Shown: positions 9,658 to 17,722, counted from the stretch's first letter. The stretch is 64,000 bases of DNA from an uncultured delta proteobacterium (GCA_963841435.1 CAWJCS010000003.1:1408001-1472000); one strand, 5' to 3'. The notes: generated by a model from the letters alone, not told the origin. Numbers and translations are program-made.

Positions 9658-10010
9658 TCCCGAGCGGCGTTCAGATTTTCGTGGCGCTCGAGCCGGTCGA
9701 CATGCGCTGGTCGTTCGACAGACTCGCCGGGGCGGCGCTCGAGCGCATCGGCTACGACGCACGGAGCGGGGCGCTCTTCATCTACTTCGGAAAGCGAAAG
9801 ACCGCGGTGAAGGTGCTGTTCTTCGACGGCTCAGGAATGTGTCTCTTTTACAAGCGCTTGGATCGTGGGGTGTTTCGCGTGCCGGAGGCGGGCACGCCGG
9901 GGGCGCGCCACGTCGAGCTCGACGAAAGCCTGCTCGACGCGTTGCTCGACGGAGTCGACCTCGCTCGAGCGTCGAGGCCTGCGCCGCGATCGCGCGTTCG
10001 CGTTCACTGA
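9654..10010 (+). CDS. tnpB: IS66 accessory protein TnpB
   Basis: MIPSGVQIFVALEPVDMRWSFDRL...KVLFFDGSGMCLFYKRLDRGVF; ATGA overlap with tnpA. Confidence 0.92.
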   Translation: MIPSGVQIFVALEPVDMRWSFDRLAGAALERIGYDARSGALFIYFGKRKTAVKVLFFDGSGMCLFYKRLDRGVFRVPEAGTPGARHVELDESLLDALLDGVDLARASRPAPRSRVRVH

Positions 10011-10089
10011 CCTCGCGGCGGTCACGCCCTCGGGCGACGCTCGAAGTGGCGTTTGTGCTCGACAAATTCGACTCGCTTCAGGTAGAGCC

Positions 10090-11889
10090 ATGCCTGCCGT
10101 GAGCGTCGCTGAAGCAGAATCGTCGTCGCGTGTTCAAGCGCTCGAAGCTCTCGTCGCTCACATGCAGCGCGAGCTCGCGTTGACCAGCGACCAGCTCGCG
10201 TTGACCAGCGATCGGCTCGCCGGTGTCATCAGCGAGCGCGACAACCTCCGCCGCGCTTACCGGCAGCTCATGGAGCAGTTCGAGCTGCTCCGCCGGCGCA
10301 TCTTCATCGCCAAGGCCGAGCGCGTCGACGCGACCCAGCTCGAGCTCGAATTCGCGAGCACCAAGCAGAAGCTTGACGAGCTTGCTCGGAAGCTCGACGC
10401 AGAGGCCGAGTCAGGCGCGGCCGGCGATGGCCCCGGTGCTCGGCCCGCTGGTAAACCACCGGCAAGGGCCAAAACCAAGCCCAGAGGTCGCAGAAATCTG
10501 GCGGACGCCGACCACCTGCCCGAGCGCCGCATCGAGATCCGCGATGCCGAGCTCGCAAGCAAGGGCACCTTCATCGGCTGGGAAACGAGCTACAAGCTCG
10601 GCTACCAACGGCCCGAGGCCGTCCGCGTCGTCATCGCGCGGGCCAAGTACAGGACCGCCACCGACCCCAATTCTCCCGCCGCTCTGCCCGAGGACGCCAC
10701 CGTGCTCGAGCAGGACGGCGCGCGCTTCACCATCCTCACGGCGCCGCTGCCGCGCCTGCTCGTGCGCCGCGGCCTCTGCGCTCCGAGCATGCTCGCTCGC
10801 ATCATCGTGCAGAAGTTTCGCTTCGGCTTGCCCTACTTCCGGCAGGAAGAGCAGCTCACAGCCGACGGCATCGAGCTCGATCGCGGCACCATGGCCCGCT
10901 CGGTCGAGGACGTGGGCGCCTCGCTCGGCCCCATCGTGCTCGCTTGCGCCGACGACGCCCGCAAACACGCCTTCTGCCTTTCGACCGATGCCACCGGAGT
11001 CGCGATCCGCCCGGAGCCACTTCCAGACGGAAGGCGGCAACCCTGCAAAAAGGGCCACTTCTTCGTCGTTTTGGCCGACCGGAAGCACGTCTTCTTCGAG
11101 TACCAGCCCAAGCACACCAGCGCCGCCGTCTGCGACATGTTCCGCGGCTTCTCCGGCTACATCCAAGCCGACGCTCACGCCATCTACGACGCCCTGTTCC
11201 GTGGCGATGCCGTCGATGACGCGAGCGACGCGCCCACCGAGGTCGCCTGCTGGAGTCACTGCCGCCGGCGCTTCTGGGAAGCCGCAGTCTCCGGCTTCGC
11301 CGTCGGTCGCGAAGGTCTGCTGCGGATCAGAAGGCTCTACGAGCTCGATCAGGCGTGGAACGACTTGCCTCCCGCCGCTCGACTCCAGAAGCGGCAGACC
11401 ATCCTCAGGCCCTTCGTCGACGAGTTCTTCGCCTGCGTGCGCGCCCAAGACGACCTGACGAGCCAACAACGCGGGCTCGTCAACAAGGCCCTCGGCTACG
11501 CCATGCGCCAAGAGCTTGCCCTGCGCCGCTTCCTCGACGACGGCAGGCTGCGCATGGACAACAACCCGAGCGAAAATGCCCTCCGAATCGTCGCCACCGG
11601 CAGAAAAGCCTGGCTCTTCTTCGGCTCCGACGACCACGCCGAGGCCGCCGCCAACCTCTACTCCCTCATCGCTAGCTGCAAGCTCCACGACCTCGACCCC
11701 GAGTGCTACCTCGCCGAGGTGATCCGCGTCATGCCCTACTGGCCTCGCGACCGTTACCTCGAGCTCGCTCCCGCCTACTGGGCGCGAACGCGCGAGCGAC
11801 TCGACCAGACCGAGCTCGCCGCCGAGCTTGGCCACGTCACCGTCCCGTCCTCGCCTCTGGACACGACCGAGCAGCCGCCGCCGAGCTGA
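10090..11889 (+). CDS. tnpC: IS66 transposase TnpC
   Basis: STDATG, IQADAH, CWSHCRRRF, DNNPSENALR and YSLIASCKLHDLDP. Leucine zipper carries a 21-bp tandem duplication at 10171-10212. Confidence 0.95.
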   Translation: MPAVSVAEAESSSRVQALEALVAHMQRELALTSDQLALTSDRLAGVISERDNLRRAYRQLMEQFELLRRRIFIAKAERVDATQLELEFASTKQKLDELARKLDAEAESGAAGDGPGARPAGKPPARAKTKPRGRRNLADADHLPERRIEIRDAELASKGTFIGWETSYKLGYQRPEAVRVVIARAKYRTATDPNSPAALPEDATVLEQDGARFTILTAPLPRLLVRRGLCAPSMLARIIVQKFRFGLPYFRQEEQLTADGIELDRGTMARSVEDVGASLGPIVLACADDARKHAFCLSTDATGVAIRPEPLPDGRRQPCKKGHFFVVLADRKHVFFEYQPKHTSAAVCDMFRGFSGYIQADAHAIYDALFRGDAVDDASDAPTEVACWSHCRRRFWEAAVSGFAVGREGLLRIRRLYELDQAWNDLPPAARLQKRQTILRPFVDEFFACVRAQDDLTSQQRGLVNKALGYAMRQELALRRFLDDGRLRMDNNPSENALRIVATGRKAWLFFGSDDHAEAAANLYSLIASCKLHDLDPECYLAEVIRVMPYWPRDRYLELAPAYWARTRERLDQTELAAELGHVTVPSSPLDTTEQPPPS

Positions 11890-11966
11890 AGTCGCACGCT
11901 CCGTCACCACGCGACTATCGCGTCAGGCCGCTACCCCTTCAAGTACGGGGTCCGCGCTCCGGATAC

Positions 11967-12355
11967 AACAGCACGTTTCGAGAGCGCTCGACCTGATCCG
12001 CAGCCGTCGTTGCCCCGAGGTGCAGGTGCTGGATGTCCCAGTCGTTAAGCAGGCGGTCGTGGAAGTTCGGATCCGCGGCGTCGCGGCAGGCGTTGCTCAG
12101 GTGCGGGTTGACGTCCTCCCCTCGCTCAAGCCTGCCCCGTAGCTCGGCGAGCCCCTGCTGATTCTCCGGCGGACAGTGGAAGGTATCGGCCACCTTCACC
12201 TCCCGCGGTTGCGGCTCAATGAACCGTCGGACGCAGTTCCAATAAGCGAAGGAAATCTGCTGGTGAGCCCGCCCGGGGGCGATCTTCACGCCGCGCCGCT
12301 GAAGCTGATCCTCTAGGATGGCGCCCCAGTCGTCGAGGAAGTTGGCGATCAACAA
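11967..12355 (-). pseudogene. Hypothetical protein, 3'-truncated by IS66
   Basis: ...RLERGEDVNPHLS...DRLLNDWDIQHLHLG...VERSRNVLL runs into the IS66 IR. TTG start after GAGGGG. Confidence 0.65.
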
Positions 12356-12359
12356 CCCC

Positions 12360-12770
12360 TCATCTCGGAAAATACTTCGTCGCTCTGCGAGTCCCCGTGG
12401 TCCTGATCGCCTTCGCATCGAACAGTTTCGCGACCGGCAGCGCGAGGTCCTTGGTGCTCACGTTCATCCCTTTGCCGATCTCTTCGATGCGCTGACCGGG
12501 CTTCTTCTTGATTGCAGCGAGCAAGCTCTTCGTCACCGCGTCGATCTCCTCGGCAGTCCTCTTCGCCCCCTTGGCACGCTTGGCGGCCTTGGGCTTTGGC
12601 CCCGGCTTCCGACGGCCGTTGCCCACCTGACCGGCGAGAGTACGGCGGCCGTTGCCGACCTCGTGCTCACCGGCGATGGCGGCCTTGAAGGCGGCGGCGC
12701 CTTCTTCTTGGATTGCGGCGGTGAGGTCTTCGACGAACTGGGTGACGATAGCGTGGATGCGGGGGCTCAT
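12360..12770 (-). CDS. Small basic DNA-binding protein (N-terminal helix, Lys/Ala linker, C-terminal winged-HTH-like domain)
   Basis: KPGPKPKAAKRAKGAKRT linker and KKPGQRIEEIGKGMNVSTKDLALPVAKL...GTRRATKYF C-terminus. Confidence 0.75.
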   Translation of the reverse strand: MSPRIHAIVTQFVEDLTAAIQEEGAAAFKAAIAGEHEVGNGRRTLAGQVGNGRRKPGPKPKAAKRAKGAKRTAEEIDAVTKSLLAAIKKKPGQRIEEIGKGMNVSTKDLALPVAKLFDAKAIRTTGTRRATKYFPR

Positions 12771-12855
12771 GGGCGGGAGACGTTAGTCGATCAGGGACCA
12801 TGCCGAAACACGAGACAGGGGTGCGAGCCGGTCGAGTCGTTCCCCACCTGGCGGT

Positions 12856-13221
12856 TCACGCAGGCGGGGAGTGGTCAGAAGCAAGTCGAGCCCGCGCCCC
12901 GCCGAAGACGTGAACGGTCCGCGTGCCGGCGCCGACGCTCATCCTCTGGCGGGTGCCTCTCGGGACCAATAGCTCATCGCCTCGGGTCAGCTCGATCGTC
13001 CGATCGCCTAGGTGGACGACGCAGCGCCCTTCGATGACGAAGACGTACTCGTCGAAGTCGTGGGAGTGCTCCGCCGAGGTTCGGTCCTTCGTGCACGTCC
13101 AGAAGGCGACTTGGCTCCCATCCGCCCCTTCGAACATGTACCCCTCGATATCGTCGGTGTACTGTGAGGAAGCGGCGATCCGGTTCAGCGGGCTCTTCAT
13201 GAAGGCGGGGAAGTCGGTCAT
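12856..13221 (-). CDS. Cupin-domain protein
   Basis: EHSHDFDEYVFVIEG...GDELLVPRG cupin motifs; start trimmed to MTDFPAF. Confidence 0.85.
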   Translation of the reverse strand: MTDFPAFMKSPLNRIAASSQYTDDIEGYMFEGADGSQVAFWTCTKDRTSAEHSHDFDEYVFVIEGRCVVHLGDRTIELTRGDELLVPRGTRQRMSVGAGTRTVHVFGGARARLASDHSPPA

Positions 13222-13348
13222 CGATTCGTTCCGTAGGCTTCGCTGGCGGGGCAAGCGTGTGAGCGGGTCTCGTCGCGCGAAGAAAGTCTGCACGACGTTG
13301 TGGCTCGGTGGGAATGCCTCCATGCTGACGAGCGTACGAAGGCCGGAA

Positions 13349-13831
13349 ATGATGTCTGTTGCGCGACCACTGCCCACCGATCCTCTTTGGGCTCGTTGGC
13401 TGCTCGGCCGCGGCGCCTCCCGCACCCCAGCCGACACCAGGAACCCTCACGCTCGGCTCGCACTTGACCCTCACCCTTGCGTCGCCGGGTCGAACACCGT
13501 TCGAGCGGCAGTCGTCATCACGGGCGTTGGTAGGGCCGTCCGGTACGCCACGCCGGCTGACGGTCAGCTCCGAGTCGCGCTGCTGAGGAAGGGCGGCTCG
13601 GCGTCCCCGGCCGAGGTCCGATGGCTCGATACTCCGAACCCGGGGCAGCAGGTGGCGCTCACGCGCGTGACGTGGAACGCCGAGGTTCGTTTCGAGAGCC
13701 CGCAGGCGGGAGCGTGCCCCGTCCGGATCGAGTTCCAGTCGTCGGACGCTGCCGCTGCCGAGGGGCTGGGGCCAGCGGTGACGACGATCGTGCTCAAGGG
13801 GCCGCCGCCGGCTCCGGCGATACGTCAGTGA
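13349..13831 (+). CDS. Putative lipoprotein with two compensating frameshifts
   Basis: The lipobox-like ILFGLVGC reads in an alternate frame between about 13380 and 13490; the remainder reads in the main frame. Confidence 0.4.
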   Translation: MMSVARPLPTDPLWARWLLGRGASRTPADTRNPHARLALDPHPCVAGSNTVRAAVVITGVGRAVRYATPADGQLRVALLRKGGSASPAEVRWLDTPNPGQQVALTRVTWNAEVRFESPQAGACPVRIEFQSSDAAAAEGLGPAVTTIVLKGPPPAPAIRQ

Positions 13832-13937
13832 ACGGAAGGCGTGGCTGCGGCGGTGCGACGCCCCACTCGTCGGGCGTCCGGGTGCGCCGTTGCTTCCTCG
13901 TCGATCCAATTTCCGTGGTGCCGCGGGCGGTCGCTCT

Positions 13938-14534
13938 TCACCGAGCGGCGGAACCGATCGACTCGAACAAATGGAACGTCACCGAGTCGGGCGCGATGTC
14001 GAAGTCGAGCCGGCCCTTCTTTCGCCGCTCCGCCATGGTGTAGTTGCAGCTCACGATCAAGAGTCGGCTGGAGCCTGCAACTTGCGCGAATTGGAGCGGC
14101 CGGATCGAGTAGCTGGGGCGGCCATCGTCCACGAGCTTCATGACGAAGTCCTTGAGCGAGATCCTGATGCCGTAGTGCTCGGCGAGGACCTGGCACAGCT
14201 TCGCGTGGTTGTCCTTCTCGTGCTTGTGGTAGGGCGCGAAGATGTCGTCCTGGCTCGCGCCCTGGAGGGTTCGAGCCTTTCGCGCCTGGTCGATCAGCCG
14301 CGTCGCCTCCTTGGGCGTCACACTGCGGTGCTGGAAGCGGCCCTCGGGAAGATTTTCGCGGTCGATGTGCCAGAAGGAGACCGTGAGCTGTGGCCGGCGC
14401 CTTGCCTTGGCCCCGCGCGGTGCCTTGACGGCTGGTCGCGAGACCTTTGTGAGGGCTCGTCTCGCTTTCGCGGCGTTCGTGCGCCTACGGTCGGGCGTCA
14501 TCTTGGCGCGGAGGACGTTGAAGCTCTTGCTCAT
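13938..14534 (-). CDS. Hypothetical protein with antitoxin-like N-terminus
   Basis: 198-aa ORF with GAGGT RBS; MSKSFNVLRAKMTPDRR leader followed by a globular domain. Confidence 0.7.
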   Translation of the reverse strand: MSKSFNVLRAKMTPDRRRTNAAKARRALTKVSRPAVKAPRGAKARRRPQLTVSFWHIDRENLPEGRFQHRSVTPKEATRLIDQARKARTLQGASQDDIFAPYHKHEKDNHAKLCQVLAEHYGIRISLKDFVMKLVDDGRPSYSIRPLQFAQVAGSSRLLIVSCNYTMAERRKKGRLDFDIAPDSVTFHLFESIGSAAR

Positions 14535-14702
14535 CGGTGACCTCGGGGGCTGGGTGCTCGCCGGTCTGGGACCTCACCGGTCCGCCTTCGCTCCACGGGA
14601 CCTCACGACCGGCCGCGCCCAGCTCGGCGTGATACCATTTGGACAAGGAGATTCACCCTGGCATTTCCCGCGGCTTCAACGACAACGGGTGGCGTCCTCG
14701 TC

Positions 14703-15404
14703 TTGGACGTTGCCTCGCTGCTTGCCCGCCTGCCGGCTAGCGCTCGTGCCCACGTCGCCTGGGCCGCTCCGCCGATCGCGGCCGGACTCCGCCGACTGCG
14801 GACCGAGCCCCTTGATGACGCCCTGCTCGGGGAAGTTGCACGTGCCACGTTCATGCCCTTGCGAGCGCTGACCAAGCCCTTCTTGGAACTGTTGGCAGCG
14901 AATCGCGATGAACTTAGGGCGGCCTTGATGGAGGACCTTCAGCGCGACGAGGTTCGCCTCACCGCCTACCTCGAAGACCCGGACGCCGTCAACACCCTGA
15001 CGTGGGTCCTGGCCTTCCTGCGTTCCTTGTACGGTACGGTCGTTACGCTCCTCGACCCAGCGCAATTGGCGGCTCTTGGCAACGAGGAAGTGGAGGAGCA
15101 CCTCCAAGATCAGCGGTGGCTTCCGATGCTCAAGGGGCAGATCGCCGTGATGGCCGCGCTGGACGCGATGAAGGACGGCGACCCCCCTGATCGCTCGATC
15201 GAGTTGATTGAAACTGCCTTTCTCGCCTTCATGGACATTCGGGACCACCTCCGCCGAGAGGGCGTGTGGCTCTCGCCGTTTCCGAGCGAGACCTCGGAAG
15301 AACGACGGTCGGGTGCCCTTAAGTACGGGCTTCGGCTGCGAGACACGCTGACCGACAGCGACTGGAAAGCGCTGGACCATGCCCGCATGGGTGACCTGCG
15401 CTGA
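14703..15404 (+). CDS. Hypothetical helical protein, putative antitoxin/partner of the PIN toxin
   Basis: TGATG overlap with the PIN gene. Possible in-frame CTG start at 14658 behind AAGGAG. Confidence 0.7.
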   Translation: MDVASLLARLPASARAHVAWAAPPIAAGLRRLRTEPLDDALLGEVARATFMPLRALTKPFLELLAANRDELRAALMEDLQRDEVRLTAYLEDPDAVNTLTWVLAFLRSLYGTVVTLLDPAQLAALGNEEVEEHLQDQRWLPMLKGQIAVMAALDAMKDGDPPDRSIELIETAFLAFMDIRDHLRREGVWLSPFPSETSEERRSGALKYGLRLRDTLTDSDWKALDHARMGDLR

Positions 15405-15838
15405 TGCTGCTCGACACGAATGTCGTGTCAGCTTTCCTGAAGGGAAAGACGCCGAGGATCGACGAGTTTGTCCAGACCCTCCTTACCACCCAGAACCTCA
15501 CCGTCTCGTTCGTCACGCAGTTCGAGCTGCGCCGCGGCATCGAGGATCTCGTCCTCCGGGGCCAAGGTCGACGCCGAAAGGTGGCGCTCCTGAAGTTCCT
15601 CGACCGTTGCGAGGTGCTCGGACTCGACGCCGCGGGCGGAGCGGGTTGGAATCACGCTGCCGATCTTTGGGCCCGAGCGAAGGTCCACAAGCCGAGCATC
15701 GTTTTCACGGACGCGGACCTGTTGATCGCCGCCACCGCCTCGTTCCACGGGCAGACGCTGGTCACGTCCGAAGCCGGCCTGGTCGCGAACCTCGAAGCGG
15801 TCGGCGTGGTTGACGTTCATCTCCTGTCTGCCACATGA
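15404..15838 (+). CDS. PIN-domain ribonuclease (VapC-like toxin)
   Basis: MLLDTNVVS, VTQFEL and DADLLIAATA...LVT motifs. Confidence 0.9.
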   Translation: MLLDTNVVSAFLKGKTPRIDEFVQTLLTTQNLTVSFVTQFELRRGIEDLVLRGQGRRRKVALLKFLDRCEVLGLDAAGGAGWNHAADLWARAKVHKPSIVFTDADLLIAATASFHGQTLVTSEAGLVANLEAVGVVDVHLLSAT

Positions 15839-15987
15839 CGCACCGGGGGCCGGGTCACGCCGCGACGGACAGCCGAACGGGTGGTCGACCAGTAGGGCCG
15901 CCACGCCGCGCGCCCTTACGGCGGCACGGAAAGATGGAAGATTTCGCACCGTTACACGTCTCGTCCCAGGGCGGCCGACGCGATGGA

Positions 15988-16017
15988 TTGACAAGTGATT
16001 GCAAGCACTTATACGGT
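15988..16017 (+). promoter_or_regulatory. Sigma70-type promoter with palindromic operator
   Basis: TTGACA-N18-TACGGT; spacer filled by the 18-bp near-palindrome AAGTGATTGCAAGCACTT (15993-16010). Confidence 0.7.
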
Positions 16018-16096
16018 GGACCAAGCTCAAGGGGTAGAAGCGCTGCTCCTGCCGCCGGAGCGAAAATCTGCCGGCGCAAGTACCGACCCCTCCTCC

Positions 16097-16807
16097 ATGC
16101 CATCCGGACCCAAGTACCCGAACCAACAGCTCAGGTCGGTTTCGCTGGAGGCCCACTTCCCGGGCAGGCTCGGCGTGTACGCGCGTATGGGGGAACTTCA
16201 GGCGGCGGTCGAGCACGAGCTGCCAAACCTGTACGTGCCGAACATCCAGCCCGGTGAGGCGGCTGCGCTCCGTCCGTTCCAGCTACGTGACGGCAAGCAG
16301 CGTCGTTCGCTCGCGGTTGCCATCAACCAGGCAACCTACATCGCGTTCGAGTATCCGGGACACGAGTCGTTCATTGCAGAGGCCGTGGCCGTGCTTTCGC
16401 GAGCGCTGGGTTGCATCGAGGTGCCCAAGCTGAACCGGGTCGTCTACAGGTACGAGAACGAAGTCGGAATCGCACGCGACACGGAAGGCGGCTTGGCGAT
16501 CGAACCGGCGTTTCCGGGTGTGATCCCGGCCGTATTTGCTGGACAGCCTGCGAGAGCACTCAATGCGGCGTTCGAGCACTCTTGGAGCACGGGTGCGTTC
16601 CGTGGCGTTCGCGGGTTCCACGCGCGTTTCGAGGAAGGAGCCGGCGCGGGCGTGCTTGGAGTTTCCGTCTTCGGTACTGTGGAAGGCTGCGAGGCCTCAC
16701 AGCTTGGCGCGTGCGCTGCCGAGGCGCATCGGGTTGGGGTGGACCTCTTCGAATCTCTAATCAGTCCGAAATTTCGCGACTTCATCAGCTCGGACGGCAA
16801 GGAGTAG
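16097..16807 (+). CDS. TIGR04255-family protein
   Basis: KYPNQQLRSVSLEAHFP, EYPGHESF and LNRVVYRYENEV match the Y.N.PL..V..E..F / Y..W..F / R.GLRY.N pattern. Confidence 0.75.
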   Translation: MPSGPKYPNQQLRSVSLEAHFPGRLGVYARMGELQAAVEHELPNLYVPNIQPGEAAALRPFQLRDGKQRRSLAVAINQATYIAFEYPGHESFIAEAVAVLSRALGCIEVPKLNRVVYRYENEVGIARDTEGGLAIEPAFPGVIPAVFAGQPARALNAAFEHSWSTGAFRGVRGFHARFEEGAGAGVLGVSVFGTVEGCEASQLGACAAEAHRVGVDLFESLISPKFRDFISSDGKE

Positions 16808-16813
16808 CCACGG

Positions 16814-17239
16814 ATGCTCGCCGAGAAGCTCAAGGACGTGACCAGGGCGGAGGGAACCAGCGAAGGCTTTGCGAGAGCACCACGTCCCGAAAAGTACGAG
16901 CCGGCCAACCCAGGGCCGGCCAGCAGCAGCCTGATCTTCATGGGACCGCGAATGCAAGTCCGCACCCAAGTTGCGTTCGGGTCGCGCCGCTATCACTTGA
17001 GGGACGTGTTCGTCGTGGCCTTGGAGTACGCGGAGACCGGCGAAGTCTTCGCAACTCACCGCCAGCTCCCGGTTCACGGGCAGGGCATGGATCAGGCTGA
17101 AGCCCTGGCTTCATTCTGCGAGACGTTCGACTTTCAATGGCGCAACCTGGTGGACGTACCGCTCGACTCGCTGACGCCCGGAGGCCAAACGCGCAGGAGA
17201 GCCATGGAAGCCGTGGTCGACCGCGTCGAAGAGATTTGA
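16814..17239 (+). CDS. HicB-like antitoxin
   Basis: VFATHRQLPVHGQGMDQAEALASFCETF matches the HicB partial RNase H fold; AAGGAG RBS. Confidence 0.6.
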   Translation: MLAEKLKDVTRAEGTSEGFARAPRPEKYEPANPGPASSSLIFMGPRMQVRTQVAFGSRRYHLRDVFVVALEYAETGEVFATHRQLPVHGQGMDQAEALASFCETFDFQWRNLVDVPLDSLTPGGQTRRRAMEAVVDRVEEI

Positions 17240-17251
17240 CCTGGCGTTCGG

Positions 17252-17536
17252 ATGCCTTCGCTACCGCGCGACGACGTTGAAGCCAGTCTGAAGAAGAAGG
17301 GGTTCAACCAGGAGGAGGGGGACCACCGCTTCTACAAGCTCATCGTCGGCGGCAAGTACACGGGCATCTGCACGAAGACTTCGCGCGGGAAGGAATACAA
17401 GAGCCTCGGCGACAACCTGGTGAGCCAGATGGCCAGGCAGCTTCGCCTCACGACCAAGGAGTTCGTCAGTCTCGTTGATTGCACGCTGAGCGGTCCCGCG
17501 TACGTCGAGCTGCTGCGCGAGCACGGGGAGCTGTGA
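17252..17536 (+). CDS. HicA-like toxin (dsRBD fold)
   Basis: DVEASLKKKGF..EEGDHRFY...LVSQMARQLRLT..EF pattern. Confidence 0.75.
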   Translation: MPSLPRDDVEASLKKKGFNQEEGDHRFYKLIVGGKYTGICTKTSRGKEYKSLGDNLVSQMARQLRLTTKEFVSLVDCTLSGPAYVELLREHGEL

Positions 17537-17541
17537 CCCCG

Positions 17542-17677
17542 CACGCGCCTTTGGTACAGCGTGGTGCAGTCCCGGATTTCAGGTCCGTTGGTGCCGCCTC
17601 GTGCCGTTGGGGATCGTCCAGTTCCGAACGATTGCAGCAGGTTGCGGCACCACGCCGCACCACGCGCTTGGTACAGC
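17542..17677. repeat. Putative integrase arm-binding repeats next to the att core
   Basis: TTGGTACAGC at 17551-17560 and 17668-17677, each preceded by CACGCGC. GCACCACGC at 17647-17655 and 17657-17665, with inverted GCGTGGTGC at 17559-17567. Confidence 0.6.
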
Positions 17678-17680
17678 CCT

Positions 17681-17722
17681 CTCTTAATCCGTTGGCTTCT
17701 GGTTCGAGTCCAGAATGGCCCA
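17681..17722 (+). other. 3' half of tRNA-Lys(CTT): att site (displaced tRNA fragment)
   Basis: Anticodon loop CTCTTAA, T-arm TCTGG-TTCGAGT-CCAGA and acceptor 3' strand ATGGCCC+A. The 5' half (GGGCCAT..., D-arm) is absent. Confidence 0.88.

Larger units (their letters stand above)
9247..11966 (+). mobile_element. IS66-family element (tnpA-tnpB-tnpC), 2720 bp, no target duplication
   Basis: 26-bp IR GTATCCGGAGCGC(A/G)GACCCCGTACTT with one mismatch; flanks GATTGCGC and AACAGCAC differ. Confidence 0.95.
1..17722. mobile_element. Genomic island / integrative element (right part; left end outside window), integrated at tRNA-Lys(CTT)
   Basis: Ends in a tRNA 3'-half fragment (17681-17722). Contains a tyrosine recombinase, four IS elements, TA, defence and immunity genes and many truncated ORFs. 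Ordinary metabolic genes resume after 17800. Confidence 0.85.

Noticed and set aside
9654-10010. RNA-guided TnpB nuclease
   Set aside because: This is the 118-aa IS66 accessory TnpB, unrelated to IS200/IS605 TnpB; no RuvC or zinc-finger motifs.
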